From assembly GCA_965153455.1 (NCBI GenBank), contig OZ234493.1:21752213-21816212 (forward strand): a stretch of 64,000 nucleotides of DNA, in the 5' to 3' direction. Positions 48,353 through 62,337 of this stretch are shown here, piece after piece. The position numbers and the translations under genes were made by a program. This DNA is from Sphagnum compactum (taxonomy: Eukaryota). How positions within the stretch are numbered: position 1 is the stretch's first letter; the number at the start of each line of letters is the position of its first letter. The notes beneath the pieces were generated by a model. The model was given only the letters and a program-made list of their open reading frames with translations, searched no databases and was not told where the DNA came from.

Positions 48353-49069
48353 TATTTGAAATGAGTTTATGGAAATTATAATAAAAAGGATGTAGGTATT
48401 GCACAACGTTCATTTTGATCTTTGTAAACCCTAGACAAATTAATGTTACCTATTCATATGGGCCTATTTAAGTTTTAATTGTTACATTTAAAGTATGAAA
48501 AAAATTATATTAAAAAAATTATATATAATTAACCATATACACATCAAATAAGTTTGACTAAAGGAAAATATTATATTGATGAAAGATGTACAAATATGGG
48601 TGGATCAAAAAATGTTAAAGGTTACAATGAAAAAAAAGGTTTTCTATAGTAAATCAAAGGACCAACATTCAAAAATTGGGTAGTCCAAAAAATGAAAGGG
48701 TTGAGAAAACCTAACTAACTATATAAAGTGAAAACCCTAAACCATATCATTATCTACAATCTCATGTTTAGCTCAGTAAAAAGTTGTTGCATGTGTAGCC
48801 CTTGTTCCATGATGAGTAGTGTATAGATGGTAACGTTGCATCTTAGCCTAAACTACATTTGCAACAAAATTTTCTTTTATTGTGCCCTGAACCTTATAAA
48901 CACCCAAAAACCATCAAATTAAACCTTAACACCACCAAAGAAGAAGGTGATGGCAACAAGTTATTATCACCTTCTTCAAAAGAACATCACCCTCGAAGAA
49001 GATGATAGCACATTACCACGTCATTCTCTTCTTATTCTTTTTCTTAAACACAAAGAAGAAGGCGATGGT

Positions 49070-49373
49070 TGTCATGGCCTAGGATATTTTGGGATACTTT
49101 TGGCAATGTCATGTCCTAGGATATTTTGGGATACTTTTGGCAATGTCATGTCCTAGGATATTTTGGGATACTTTTGGCAATGTCATGTCCTAGGATATTT
49201 TGGGATACTTTTGGCAATGTCATGTCCTAGGATATTTTGGGACTAGTATGGCTCAGGGTTATAAAAGGAGATAGTCTGGGGAACAACCCTTTAGCAGATC
49301 AACACCAGTTGATGGATCAATAAAGCTTGTCTTGTCTTGTAATTCTCCACTTGTTTGTAGTCGGTCCATAACA
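49070..49373 (+). mobile_element. Solo LTR, 304 bp, with internal 37-bp tandem array
   Basis: Termini TGTCATGG...CCATAACA with perfect 5-bp TSD ATGGT (49065-49069, 49374-49378). TATAAAAG at ~49260 and AATAAA at 49319. About 4.5 copies of CCTAGGATATTTTGGGATACTTTTGGCAATGTCATGT. Confidence 0.92.
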
Positions 49374-52300
49374 ATGGTAGCTTGTTGTTATTGCCCTCTT
49401 TGTTCCAACAACACCACACAAGAAAACAATGGCTAATTGCCGTTGTCTTCTTCTTCCTTTCAACATCACCACAAAAGAAGATGACACATTGTCATCGTCT
49501 TCTTTTTCTCAAACACAAAGAAGATAAAACACATAAAAAAACAAAAACCAAAAGAAGGGAGGGAATTTACTTTCAAACTCCTGCTCTGCCTTCTCACTTT
49601 TGGCTCCTGCTTTTGCCCTTTAGTTTCAAACGCTTTCTCCTAGCATCTTTTTTTTCACAAGAAGAAGAAAAGAAAAAAAAACCATAGAGAAGAAAAAACA
49701 TGCAGAAAAGGGAGGGAACTTTCCTTTAAACTCCCACTCTGCCCTCTCACTTTGTGCTCTTGCTTTTGCCCTCCTACTTCTGCCCTTCTATTTCAAACAC
49801 TTTCTCCTAGCATCTTCTTCTTCTCAAGTAGAAGAAAAAAACAAAAAAAAACCATAAAGAAGAAAAAAATGCAAAGAAAGGAAGGAGTTTACCTTCAAGC
49901 TTTCGCTCTTCCCTTTCGCTTTTGGCTAGCACTTCTATCCTCATGTTTGTGCCTTTTTGTTTCAAACACTTTCTCCTTTGCATCTTTTTTTTCTCAAGCA
50001 GAAGAAAAAAAAGAAAAACACAAAGAAAAAAAAAACCATAGAAAAGAAAAAAAATGTAGAGAAGGGAACGAGCTTAGCTTTCTTCTCTCACTTCTACATT
50101 TGAGATGAAGCGCTCCTCTTGCTTTCTCCTCTCCACATTCCTTCAATGTTGAACTCTCCACCTTCCTCAGGCCTTGTGTCTCACGTCTCCTTGAAGTTCT
50201 GTGCTATTCAAGCTCGAGAGCTCTCTTGAGCTCTAGAGATGGAATGAGTTGGAAATGAGGTGAGGGAGGTAGGTAGGAGGAGGCGGGGGGGAGTAGGAAG
50301 GAGGGGAAAATTTTGGAGCAGAGAAAGGGGATGAAATCTCCCTGGGTAGGGGAAGAGGATATCTTTCTGGTTCATCCCCAAAATGGCTTGAATGGCTTCA
50401 TCTTAAATTAGTGCACTAGTGGTTGCTAGTTCACTCCAACACAATTCCTCCCATCTTCAGCAATAGTACACTCTACATCATGTTGACTTATGCACCTGTT
50501 ATCGGACTTTTTGACAAAAACATTCTAAACCTACAAAACCAAAATGACCCAACCCCCATGATTACACCAATTATTGGACCTCCTGTAGGCATTAAGGCTG
50601 GGTCACTTTTTCTTTTATTTTTTTCCATCGCTTACTTTAAGGTTAACCATAAAAGAAACTTATTTGGCTGCCCAAGCATTTCAAATCCCAGCTACCTACC
50701 TGACTTTGCATCTACTTATCTCCACCCCGCCAAAAACCCTAAACCTCATTGCCACTCAAACCTTGTTGTTGTACTTTGTAAGAGGAGAGGAGCATTGTTG
50801 TAGCTAGAACTTGAGCGTGAATGTCATTGGTGTAATTTGGTTTTGGAGCAAATGAAATGTTAAATGATTAGAACCAAGTGTTGCTATAACATAACAACTT
50901 AATATTGTTGTAACAATGGAGTGCAACAAAGCATTGCTACAAAATCAAAGTGCAACGAAGATGGTGTTGCAAAAGATGGTGTTAAAACAATGCTACAATA
51001 AATGTTACTGAAGACAATGTGGCAAAATACATTGCTAAAATGTTGCTATAGAAAACATCACTAAAATGTTGTTACAGAAGACGTTACCCTAGAAGATAAC
51101 ATGTGCATTTGTGGCAAGTAAGTGTACATCAACCTTTTTTTTTATCTTTTTCATTTTTTGGGTCCATGTCCATTTGTAGAGAAAATGATTGTGAGAATTG
51201 CGCTTGATGTCACCTTCTGGTCTTCTTATGAAACCAAGGCAAAAGACAACGACAAGTGCAACATTCATTGTCATCTTCTAGTCTTCTTATGAAACCAAGG
51301 CAGAAGATAAAGACGAATGCATTTCATCGTCATCTTTTGTTTTTTTTTTTCTTGCATTGTAGAAAATGATGATGAATCAAAAGGTTCGTCATCATCTTCA
51401 ATTGGTTTATTTTGGGTTATAAAAGATGACAATGAAACTCATGGTTCATCGTCGTCTCTTGGTGATTTTCCTTGTTGTGTTATAGTAGTATATTTGGAAT
51501 AATATTTTGGAGTTTGCATTGAGGCATTTGATCTAGGGAGGCATTACTCCGAATTGATAATTAGTGCATGACTTTATTATGTAACGATTAGAAAATAAAT
51601 AATAATGGTCCCATTGACAGACAATTTGTGAATGTCAAATATCTTTTGTAAGAAATCAAGGAAGTGGGAAGTAGGTAAGGAAGTTAGAAACAAAAACACT
51701 CTAAAAATGTGAACCATGAAAAGAGAGTTTGGTAGCTTACTATAGTGATGTTCCTTCAACTTGGACCCCATTGCTGCTTGCTTTTGGATTGGAGCTATAA
51801 GGAAGGACCACCCTTTGTTTACATGTGTGTGGGCATTGAAGAGGAGCCAACTAGGTGTTTTATATGTACAAAAGATGATGACAAGCCTCTCGGGTTGTCT
51901 TTTGTGTTTTTTCTTCAATTATAGAAGACAATGACACGTTAAAAGGCTCATCGTTGTCTTGTGGTTTTTTTTTTGGGTTGTAGAAAATGATGACAAGCCT
52001 CCCGGCTCATCGTCATCTTATGGGTTTTTTTCTTGGGTTAAAGAAAATGACAATAAGCCTTCCAACTCATCATCATCTTGTGGTTTTTTCCTTGGGTTAC
52101 AAACGATGACAACAAATTGCAAAGCTCATCGCTGACTTATTTTTCTTGAGTTGCACAAGACAACCACAAGCCTTTCAACTCATCATCGTCTTGTGCTACT
52201 TTTTTTTTAAGTTGCAAAAAACAATAATGAACAAGGAGTTCATTGTCATCTTGTGGTTTTTTTTTTTTAATTGTAGAAAACAACAATGAACCTTTTGACT

Positions 52301-53713
52301 CATTATCATCTTGTGGGTTTTTTTCTTGGATTGCAAAAAAAAAAAACAACAAGGCAAGAAGTTCGTCATCATTTTATGCTTATTTTTTTGAGTTGCACAA
52401 ATGACAAGCCTTTCAACTCATCATCATCTTGTGCTAGTTTATATTGGGTTGTAAAAGACAATCATGAACCAAAAAGCTTGTCATCATCTAGTGCGTTTTT
52501 GTTGTTGTTGTACACAAAGGTGCCACGTGTCATGTCCAAAAATAACGTAATTATTAATAAATTTTTAATTATATAAAAAATGAATTAATGTAAATAATTA
52601 ATCAATATAACCAAATAGTTATAATAAATATAAATGTAATAATTTAGTTTTATGATTTTTATATTATTTAAATTGAATTATAATGAAAAATATAAATACA
52701 ATAATCCTATTTTATTATTTTATTATATTAATTAATTTTAATCAAAAATAAAACTTTTAAAAAACAAGGCCCTTAAACCTTTCAATATAATGAATAATAT
52801 TTATTATTACTAATAGTAGGATCATTTAGTTTTACAATTCTTCTTGTTGCAAGTTGTTGTTTTGTATTAAAAAGTTGTAGTAAGTTGGAAAAAAAAAATA
52901 ATTATCCATTTTTATATGTTGTTTGTAATTGTTTGTTTAAGGGAGCTTGAAGTTCTTTGACAATGGTGGCAATCACCATTGCTGGGGAGATTCAAGTTTT
53001 TTTTCTTTTTTGGTTGGATTGATTATTGTTTAAGGATTTGAGTGTTTTTGTTGTAGGATGGCACGTCCCTAGAAGAAATTTAAATATTGAAGAAAGGTGA
53101 CCAGTGATAACTAACAACAAGTGAATGTTGTAACAAATGTGGAGGAAAGTGCAATGAAAGAAAACATTATAATGTGTATTCTTATTGTTGATGGTAAACT
53201 TTAAACCCACTCCTATTCTTGAAAGTAAATTTGTTGTGATGGATGATATGTTTCACATGATAGGGTTTAAAAGAGTGTAATGCAACACATTATGAATAAA
53301 AAATCCCAATCCAAACTATAAACCCCATTTTCATTTTGTATTTGAAAAGGGAGACAAGGTTTTTTTCTTCCCTAAATTTTTCCAAGCAATATCCTCATCA
53401 TTTTAAAGGTTAAGCTACTAGCCCATTTGTAATGCCCTCTTTGTATTTAAGGTTTTATTGTTAGTTTGTAATACCTTCATATTTTTAAAGATTTTTTGTT
53501 GGTCTATTTGCAATACCTTCATATTTTGTAAGGTTTTCTTACTGGTCTATTTGCAATACCTTCATATTTTTTAAGGTGTTATTGCTAGCATGTTTACAAT
53601 ACTTTCATGATTCTTAAGGATTACTTGCTAGTTTGATTTGAAATGTTATTCTTGTAAGGGGTCTACTAGTTTCACATGAAAGTGATTAAGTAGAATTACC
53701 ACCAAATCATGTA

Positions 53714-54030
53714 ATGGAAGATGCAAATTGGGTTCACAAAGGGTCAAGGTGGATCATTAATGGATGCATTAACACTTATGTGGTTAAATGGTTGTTTCGC
53801 TAACATTTCGACAATAATCACAAGCTTTGCATGGAGGTAGGCAAATATGGTTGTCCTTCTACTCATGTTGGGGGACTAAAGCAACAAAATCACCATGTTA
53901 TGAACATTTGAATTTGAACAACTACATCTAAGGAAAAAGCGGAATCAAAATAAAGCCCTTCATCTAGTGAAAAAAAAAGTGAAGTTAAAGTGGGATGAAC
54001 TCCAAGCCCAAGCACAACAAATGGAATAGG
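53714..54030 (+). pseudogene. C2H2 zinc-finger ORF relic, copy 2
   Basis: MEDANWVHKGSRW..INGCINTYVVKWLFR*HFDNNHKLCMEVGK, paralogous to 16944. Confidence 0.55.
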
Positions 54031-54773
54031 TTAAATGGCCTTTGTTCGTATGTTTAACCTGCAAGATCTTGTTGGGCATCATTGGGATTCTCGCATGAGG
54101 GGTGGGGTTCATCCCACAAAGTGCATGGGTGTGCTTTGAAAAGGATGAAAACTTTGTTGACAAAATTCAAATAAGCAAAATTACCTATGCAAAGCTTTTG
54201 AAAGTTGCATGGGGTGCTCAAAATTAGACATTGGAATCCAATAAGCGCAATTAAGCCAAAAAAATGGATGCAATATCCAAGTATTACAATTCCAAAATCA
54301 TTCATGGGTGGTATATTCCATACTTATACTCTTTTTTTGTTAACATTGTTTGCATCTTAATATTGGAATCTAAGTTTTATTTATTTTTTGTGTTAGGCTT
54401 CGAGGCACAAAAAAAGAGGCTTTTGTTACATATGCAATTCAACTTGTGCTTGAGTGTCGTCAATTATTTACTCATCATCATGCAACAAAAGTTATAAAAA
54501 CTATAACAAAGTATCAAACCATTATGGGCATTCCTTCTGATTCATCCTCCTTGGAAGAATAATTATAGATATAGCTTTATTGCACATACGTATCATTTTT
54601 GTATTGAACCACTATAGATTAAATTAGCATGATATATTTTTATTCCATCCTTTTTGTAATGTGGTTATTTGAACATTTTTGAATCAATCCACCTGTTTTC
54701 ATTTTGATTTTTAATTTTTGGATTTGTAGATTTTGGGATCATCTTATGCCATGTTCCACATAATACCCCCCAT

Positions 54774-55316
54774 CGACAATTCCCAAATGGGAGTCCCAAA
54801 ACACTAAAAATTGGGATTCTTACGACTTTGTTGGCCCATAATTTTATGTGAAGACCTCCAATTGAGGTGAGGTCTGAAGCAAAGTTGTAGGCCTTATTGA
54901 AAACTTTTCAACAATATGTGACATGCCATTTACACGCAAGGAAATCAGGGCGATTCCCAACTTCTAGTGGTCGGGAGTCAAATTAACAACTTGATTCGCA
55001 ACTCTTCTTTTGGCCATAACTTGTGTTTTAATTACCCAAATGGGTCATGTGATCCCATTTTAGACATTAATTTTTAAGAGCTTTCTAATAATATAAAGAA
55101 CATTTCAATCCAATGGGTTTTGACCCTTACAATCGCTTTTTGAATATTCAGGAGTCCAACTCCCAAAGTGGGAGCTCACTTGGGATTGTGGAGGTTCATT
55201 CCCTCACACTCTCCCACACTCCTGGGAACATGAAATGTGATTCCCGGGCTTCATTCTTGGCTCGCACCTTTGCAAGCCCTTGCCTTGGTCATGAGCCCAA
55301 GATTAAGGTTGCGACA
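54774..55316 (-). mobile_element. Truncated LTR-like insertion
   Basis: Absent from the paralog (~18015-18095). The minus strand starts TGTCGCAACC... (TG terminus). The other end is lost along with ~80 bp of flank. Confidence 0.65.
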
Positions 55317-57750
55317 CTAAAACATTTAAGTAATACTTTCATTATCTTTATCATGAAATACTCGTACAATAACCTTAAAGAAAAAATGTAATTTAATATT
55401 TTTATATAATTACATTGCCCATTTTCATGAAAGGACCCCTTGGTGCATAAACCAATTTATCTATGTGGATATTGTAAACTTTTGATCTTCTTTTGTTTAT
55501 GGTTGAATTTTCCATAAAGCGTTTGAAATTGCAATACTTACGTATCAACCAACACGTGTTCATGTTCCATTACTCCAATCTAAATTTTTGTTTAATATAT
55601 GTTTGAAACAGATAAAGGGGACATTGGGTTTAAGGTTTACGAAAATTAAGCCCACCTTTTTGTCATTAATTGTTTTAAGATAACCTTTTCCCTAACATTT
55701 ATATTCTTTTCATGGAGTATTTTGTAAGGGAATTAATGTATTCACATACAGACACATATATAAACAAGTTTTGATTTCTTTTCTTTTTCATTAAAATAGA
55801 CGAAAATGAAGTGATTCCATGGCGAAGGTTTGCATTATAAAAAACCTTCCCACTAGTTAGGGTCCCACCTCCCCCCCAAATTAGGTTTAAGACACAAGTT
55901 TCTTTGGTAATTATGTAAAATTGTTTCATAGTTTTATTACAAGTATGTATCCAATTGATAATCTATACACAACTTAGGGTTATGCAAAAATAATTCTAAA
56001 ATTAAATTTAACACTTATTTTTTTAAAAATTGTTAAATTCCAACATTAAAGTGATGCAACTAATTCTTTTTGTGTTTATTTAATTTAGGGTCAATGTAGG
56101 AAATGTTTTTGCATACAAAAGTTTTAGTTCAACATTTTAGGGTTCTTGTATAGGTTTGTTGAATTTTTCAAATTTAACCCTATGCATCCATTAGGTTGTA
56201 ATGTCTACATAATTTATGGTTTTTGTAAAAAAAATTACCAATATTAGGTTTAAGGTTTTTTTTGGTATGAAACTATTTACTTTTTAGATGAAGGTTAAAG
56301 TTTTCAATTTGTAATATCATACCTTATCATCCTATGTAAGATCCCAAATGCAATACTTAGGTGAATTTATGTTATGTAACTGCCGTTGATTTAATAATGC
56401 AAAAACTTGTTCCTTCATCATTTAATTAAATGTATAAAGTTATGTAAGTATATATTGTCTACAAGGTGTGATACCTACATCTAGTGTATAAAAAAATAAG
56501 AAATATCCAAAAGATACCTATATTAAAAAATAAACCAATTATCAATACCTTCATCTTTAGGTGTAAACATTGATTGTGGGCATGTCCCAATTTTTCCAAA
56601 CCCTAATTTGCAATACCTACATCATTTGAAATCAGTGTTAAAATGATCATTAAGGCAATTTTGCTTTCATTATTGTATTATAAAACTACCATTTTACCAT
56701 AATAAACTTATCACAATACCTACATAAATCTATATTATGTACCTTCATCAAAAATCCCTTTCTAGTAATAACTATTTATTATGTAGGTATTGCAAAAGTT
56801 TAATCCTTCATCATTTAAAGGGGATTTTGTCCACCAAATGTAATACTTACATTTAATGGACTAAATGTAATAAGAAATATCCAAACATGTGATATTTGAT
56901 ATTTATAAGTAAAGAAAATCCATTAAATTAAATCATCATTCTAATGAGAAAAGGTAAGATAATACCCACATTAACTGGTCAAATTCCTGACTGGAAAGAG
57001 TAGGGAATTTGCAATATTTTCATCTAACGTATTAATATATAATTAATACCCATGAAAGATATGAAAATATATGCAATATTTGTATTAGTACCTGTCAACC
57101 TTTAACTATGATATACCTTAAACCTTGCAATACTTGCATGTAAGACCAATTTAATGCCACAATAAACAAGATGGGTAAATATTATTTGCATATTGACTTG
57201 GAAATTATTGTACAATTGACCTACAATACCCACATTATATAGGGTGGTAATTTAGTTGTACATGATGCAAGTATGTAATACCCACCTTTATATGACATTT
57301 GAGTGAGATATTTTTATTTGGGAACTTTAAAATACATGTGTTATATAGCCTTAGTAATGTAATTTTAACTTTCAAACCCTATATGTTCAATGATACAAAA
57401 TCAACACATAAGTAATTTATTCTTTGACACAATTGTAATGTCATGCACATTTTAGTAATGGACAATTAAAATGGGGGATAAGTACAAACAATTTTGTGTT
57501 GTTTTTTGTATTCATGAACCTTTTTCTTAAGGCTATTTCCATGTTTTAATATCATCTCATGCCAATCCTTCATCTTATGCATTAAATTGCCAAGTCCATC
57601 ATTATCACAATGAAAAACTATGTTGAAATGCATGACTTCATTCAACTTGGAAATGCAAATATTTTGTACATCTATTGTAATGAGACACAACAATGATGTG
57701 GTGTGGTATATGAGTTGAACCCCACCTTTTTTTATTTCGTTCATGATTTC

Positions 57751-58297
57751 TTACATTATGTCACCCATTCGATCAAATGTTTTCTCCGTGGGGCTGGATG
57801 AACTTGAAGGTTGGTTGTGATCCTTCTTTTTTCTCACATTGGAGGAGGTATCATCTAGTGTTAGAAGCCCACACATATCAACAATCCATGGTTGTTCAAA
57901 GTGATCTTCATCGACCATTTCACCATTAGATTCATTGTTATAAATGTGCAAATAGGTATAGTCCACAAACATGGCAAGAAAACCTCCATGATCAAATCCA
58001 TAACATGTCCCATAATATTGAATGATATATTTTTTAATGAAGTCGATACATGTAAAAAAAATGGCAACTTGATGTTTGCACAAGTTTCCACACAATGTCT
58101 ATTCACATGTGCAACAAACATACTTGGTGAAAGGAAGTGGGACCTTATATGCCATATGTGGAAGTTGTTGATGTCATACCATCCATGCATGGCCGGTTTT
58201 GATCGAATCATTTATTTCATGGGTGATATGGGTGTGAGGGATCAATGTGACCTTTTCAATGCTCGCTTTCACAATGAGTTTCACAACTTTTTTCTAT
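57751..58297 (-). pseudogene. SWIM zinc-finger (MULE transposase-like) C-terminal relic
   Basis: Minus frame: KKVVKLIVKASIEKVTLIPHTH...AWMV*HQQLPHMAYKVPLPFTKYVCCTCE*TLCGNLCKHQVAIF, matching the CxC-xn-CKH SWIM signature. Contains stops. Confidence 0.78.
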
Positions 58298-58302
58298 AAA
58301 CC

Positions 58303-60033
58303 CACATGTGTGGTGTGTTACACAATTCACAATGGAGGGCATTATTTGTTGGAACATCTGCAAATGTTTGTCCTACTTGAGTTTTACAACATCTACAAAA
58401 GCATGTTTGTTGTATTCTCATGTCACAACTTCCTCAACCTTTTAATTGTCTTTTGTCACCCCCTAATTCCTTGACTATGTTTCCTATATGACCCTTCCAC
58501 AATTTCAGTTCCCAAGGCACCGTTTATATGTTGTCTCTCAAAATTCTTCCTCCAAGCTTTCAACCTAGGTTCCCTTTCTATCCCCATCCCATGTCTTTTG
58601 AACCAACATAGCTAACACCTATATAAGCTTACTAAACTTTTATGACAATACAAATGTTCTTTCCAAGGTGTCCTTTATGGAATATGCATGATCAAGGGAT
58701 ATTGGAACCTTTGGCACCAATTGCCGTGAAAAGCTTGGGAAGCTAAGAATTGATTAATTGTAATGTCTTATTCATCTTTCAAATTGTAGCTCCTGTTTGC
58801 ATGTTTGAACTGAGAATTAGCACTTGCTGATGTGCATAGTGTATGGGGGCCAAATGATAACTAATGAGAAACAAATGAAGATGAAAATATGTCTAGATTC
58901 CTAACTCTTAATGCTACCCACGTCACAACTGTGTCACAAGACTTCCTGTAACCCTTGCACACACTTTAGAAGTTGATTTGAAAACCCATGTTTCACAATT
59001 ATCCGGAAGTTCACAAGATCTATAATGTGCCACCACCATTGATTGCTGAAAATTTAAAGTACATCACCATAAATGCTGCAAATGTTCTTTCGTTATAACC
59101 TACATGGATTAGATAAGTGTATTACTTAGATAATAATATATTTACACTAAATTAACACCTTTTAGAAGGTGCTAGATTGGAGCTTTTTTCCAAAAAATAG
59201 ATACAAGGTTTGAAATCTAACAGAATCAAAGATCCTCAACCCTTGTCATTCGTTTTACAAAGTTCATAATTTTAATGTTGAATAGTTTGGTTCAGTTCTT
59301 TGTGTGGTTCAAAGTTTCATAAAATCCCATTTATATTGAGATTTTTTTGTAAATTGCTAGTTTCTGTTTGTATAGTGACTTTGACGAATGTCTGTAATTG
59401 GCTCAGTTCCTTTTACAAACCGATACTTTACTACCTATGGTCAATGATCTTTTTGTATTAAACTTAACAAGGCTCATGTTCATTCTGTTAGTAATTAAAT
59501 TTTCACTTCTTGTGCAGATTAAATCTTTTGAAATTGGAGTTTGATAAATTTTCTCTACTTATGCACAAACATATCAAAGATATAAATTCTATATACAATA
59601 AGAAGAGCCTACTTGATGTTCCAACTTTTTTCCTGGCAAATTTAGAATTACGAAAATATGAAAATAAATGACTCCTATGGGAATTGAAATACCAGATTTC
59701 GAAAACTAGAAATAGGCATAGCCAGATCATTATATTAGTTCGAGTATGTAGCCAACAAAATAGATAAATGTTATTTCTTGTTACAACTTTTTTATAGCTA
59801 GTTTGGCTAAATCTGTTTATCAATGATCATGACTTTGGCTACATCACAAATTGAACACTAAGTGCATTTAGAAACCTACATGAAAGAGGGATTTTTTTGG
59901 TGTTCACTTCTCACTAGTGTGCAAAAACGAATTTTAAAAAAACTGGAAATTTTCAGTGTAAAATATGCTTTCTTCACAAGAAGTAGCACTTTGGCAAATC
60001 CACAAAATTGAAAAACAAACAAAACACTGGTAA
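58303..60033 (+). repeat. ~1.73-kb direct repeat, copy 2
   Basis: Colinear with 44945-46673. Confidence 0.88.
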
Positions 60034-61588
60034 GAAAGTTCAGATTAGAATAGTCTTCAGTCATTGTTTGAGTTTTTTTTTTAAAAATTATTATTGTTGG
60101 TGCATCAAACAACTCTTTCACATATCTGTGGCTTAAGATCAAACAAGACACAAGTCATTTTGAGTCTCCCCATAGTTTCAAGGTTGTGAAAGCTTCAAGA
60201 TATTAGAGAGTTTGATAAAGTAATCTTTTCGTTTCATTTTGTCATCGTCCTTAGAGAGAATGAATTGGTAACATCATAGGTGCTAGTTTCAAAATCTATT
60301 TAACAGATTCTTACTTATTTGTGACATGTATTTATTTGTACAATAACCAAAAGGCCAGACTCTTGATGATGGAAATAATTCAAAAACCCTAAAGTATAAT
60401 TATTGCTGATTGTAAAAAATACCTAAAAAGGTTTTTAAGAAATTTGCATAGCCAAGCTCATGGACATTTTGTTTGTTACTCCATAACCAAGGTACAATTG
60501 TGTGTGAACATTTAGATCACTTTCATCCATTTTGTATGCAATATTGAACTCCTTTGGAATACTTACCACATTCCTTATTTCCTTAGAGTTTTGTACATCT
60601 TTGACTCAAGATTCGCTTGATCAGACGTGTGTTGAAGAAGCTTGAGCTCTATGATTTATTTAAATTATAATGAATAAACTAGTGCTAGGCAGGTTTATGG
60701 CGATGTGTGTGTTTTTGTTTGCTCAATTTCGATGTGGAAAATATGATTTCGACCTATACAAAAGGTTTCCACGGAAAAATGGCCAAAATTAGCCAGAAAA
60801 AATAATTCTAGATCGCCAAATTTCTATGATAAATTCCAATAGGTAGTCAAGAATATAGAAGGATTCTGCTTTTTTCCTAGTTTCATATCTAATCTGTAAG
60901 CTAAATCATCTATGGATGATTGCCACTTCAGCTACATCACAAAATTGAAAAAAAACACCCTGGTATATGATTTATCATACTCTAATATGGTAATGCTATA
61001 GACAAGTTCCATACCAAAATGAGTATAACTAAAATTTTAATTTTAAATGATGGTAAAAATTTAAGTAGTGAGAAGCAAGTAGTGAACATCCATATTGATA
61101 CTCTGTGAAATATATATTACAAATTAAAATATTCTTCGTTTTAACTTCTAATGCGTGAAATGAAAGAGTGAAGGTTACAAGAACGCCTGGAAGCCTCCTA
61201 AGACGCTTATATTGTGTGAGATTCATGGAAGATACGAATGGAAAAATCAAGAAAGCTAATGTGGCATGACAAATGGGTCGCACATGAAGGAAGAGGCGCG
61301 GAAGATGCCGTAAGCAGATCTGCCTGCGATCAGCCACAAAACCTGGCAGGCAGAAAATCCTGACGTTCTGCTGGGTCGCACCCTGCTTGCCACTGTAGCT
61401 CCCTTTCCGGCCTGCCCACGAACTGCGGTGCTCCGTTTAGCACTGTGCCCGAGTCTCTCACGAGTTTCACCGTTCACCTTCGTGCTCAGCCGTCTGCATT
61501 CCATAGCCATTTTCTCAGTGCACACAATACAGGCACTGTAATTCTCAAATTTTTTCTTTGAATCACATTTTCTGCTGTCTTTCTCACC

Positions 61589-62300
61589 ATGGAACCGTCT
61601 CAAGAGCCAAGTTTCCTGTCCCAGATGATGATGGGTTCAAGCTCTTCACTTCCCTTTTTCATTGTGCCTCACACAGCACCTCCAACTCCACCCAAATCCA
61701 AGAGAGATTGGGAAGACGATTCTACAGCATTTCTTGATGGATTTGTTTGAGGAAAAGTTTCTTGCCAATAGCGTGAGCAGCTTGACACAGCAGCAGTGGC
61801 AAGAAATTTTATTGACGATTGAGGAGGCATTTCCATGGACCCTCCACACACTTGGGCTCAAGTTCAGTCCAAAGTACACAAAATGCAAAAGAAATTTAAT
61901 CAGTTGAAATAGAAGCATGGAGAATCTGGCGCAGGTCAATGCAAATGGCCATGGTTTGAACAATGTTTAATGATTTGGGGCAAGACTGCCAGGGCTTGTG
62001 GAACTGCTGGAGGAATGGACAATGGTGTTGCAAAATTGATTCGGTGGGTGGATCTGCGCAGGAGCCTGTGAACTTGGAGGATACTGAAGAACATGATGCT
62101 CCTCCTTCTCCAAACAGACAGGTTCGTCCATTTGCAGGCAACTCTTCTCAAGTCAGCAAGACTCCACCCACACTGAGGTCAGCAGCTTGCAAGAAGCCAG
62201 GGGTGGATGCTAAGCCTCGACAAAAATTTGTTTATAAGAAATTCCCTAGAGGGGAGGGAGAGAAAACTAGTTGGAGCAGCTAAGACGGTGGGCAGACTAT
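61589..62300 (+). pseudogene. Myb/SANT-like (trihelix-type) DNA-binding protein pseudogene
   Basis: Joining frames gives MEPSQEPSF...KRDWEDDSTAF/LMDLFEEKF...QQQWQEILLTIEEAFPW/HTWAQVQSKVHKMQKKFNQLK*KHGESGAGQCKWPWFEQCLMIWG. At least three frameshifts and one stop. Confidence 0.8.
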
Positions 62301-62337
62301 GTGCGCATTTAGTCTGCCTGCCTCCCTTTCTGCCAGC

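Larger units (their letters stand above)
46674..58297. mobile_element. Decayed ~11.6-kb element, copy 2, with nested LTR pieces and a SWIM relic
   Basis: Colinear with 11035-20572 and extends ~500 bp further into SWIM-coding sequence. Confidence 0.75.

Noticed and set aside
49078-49242. 37-bp repeats as a CRISPR array
   Set aside because: Units are head-to-tail with no spacers, lie inside an LTR with a TSD, and there are no cas genes in this eukaryotic context.
44945-60033. Full-length LTR retrotransposon
   Set aside because: No TG..CA ends, PBS/PPT, TSD or gag/pol remnants were found.
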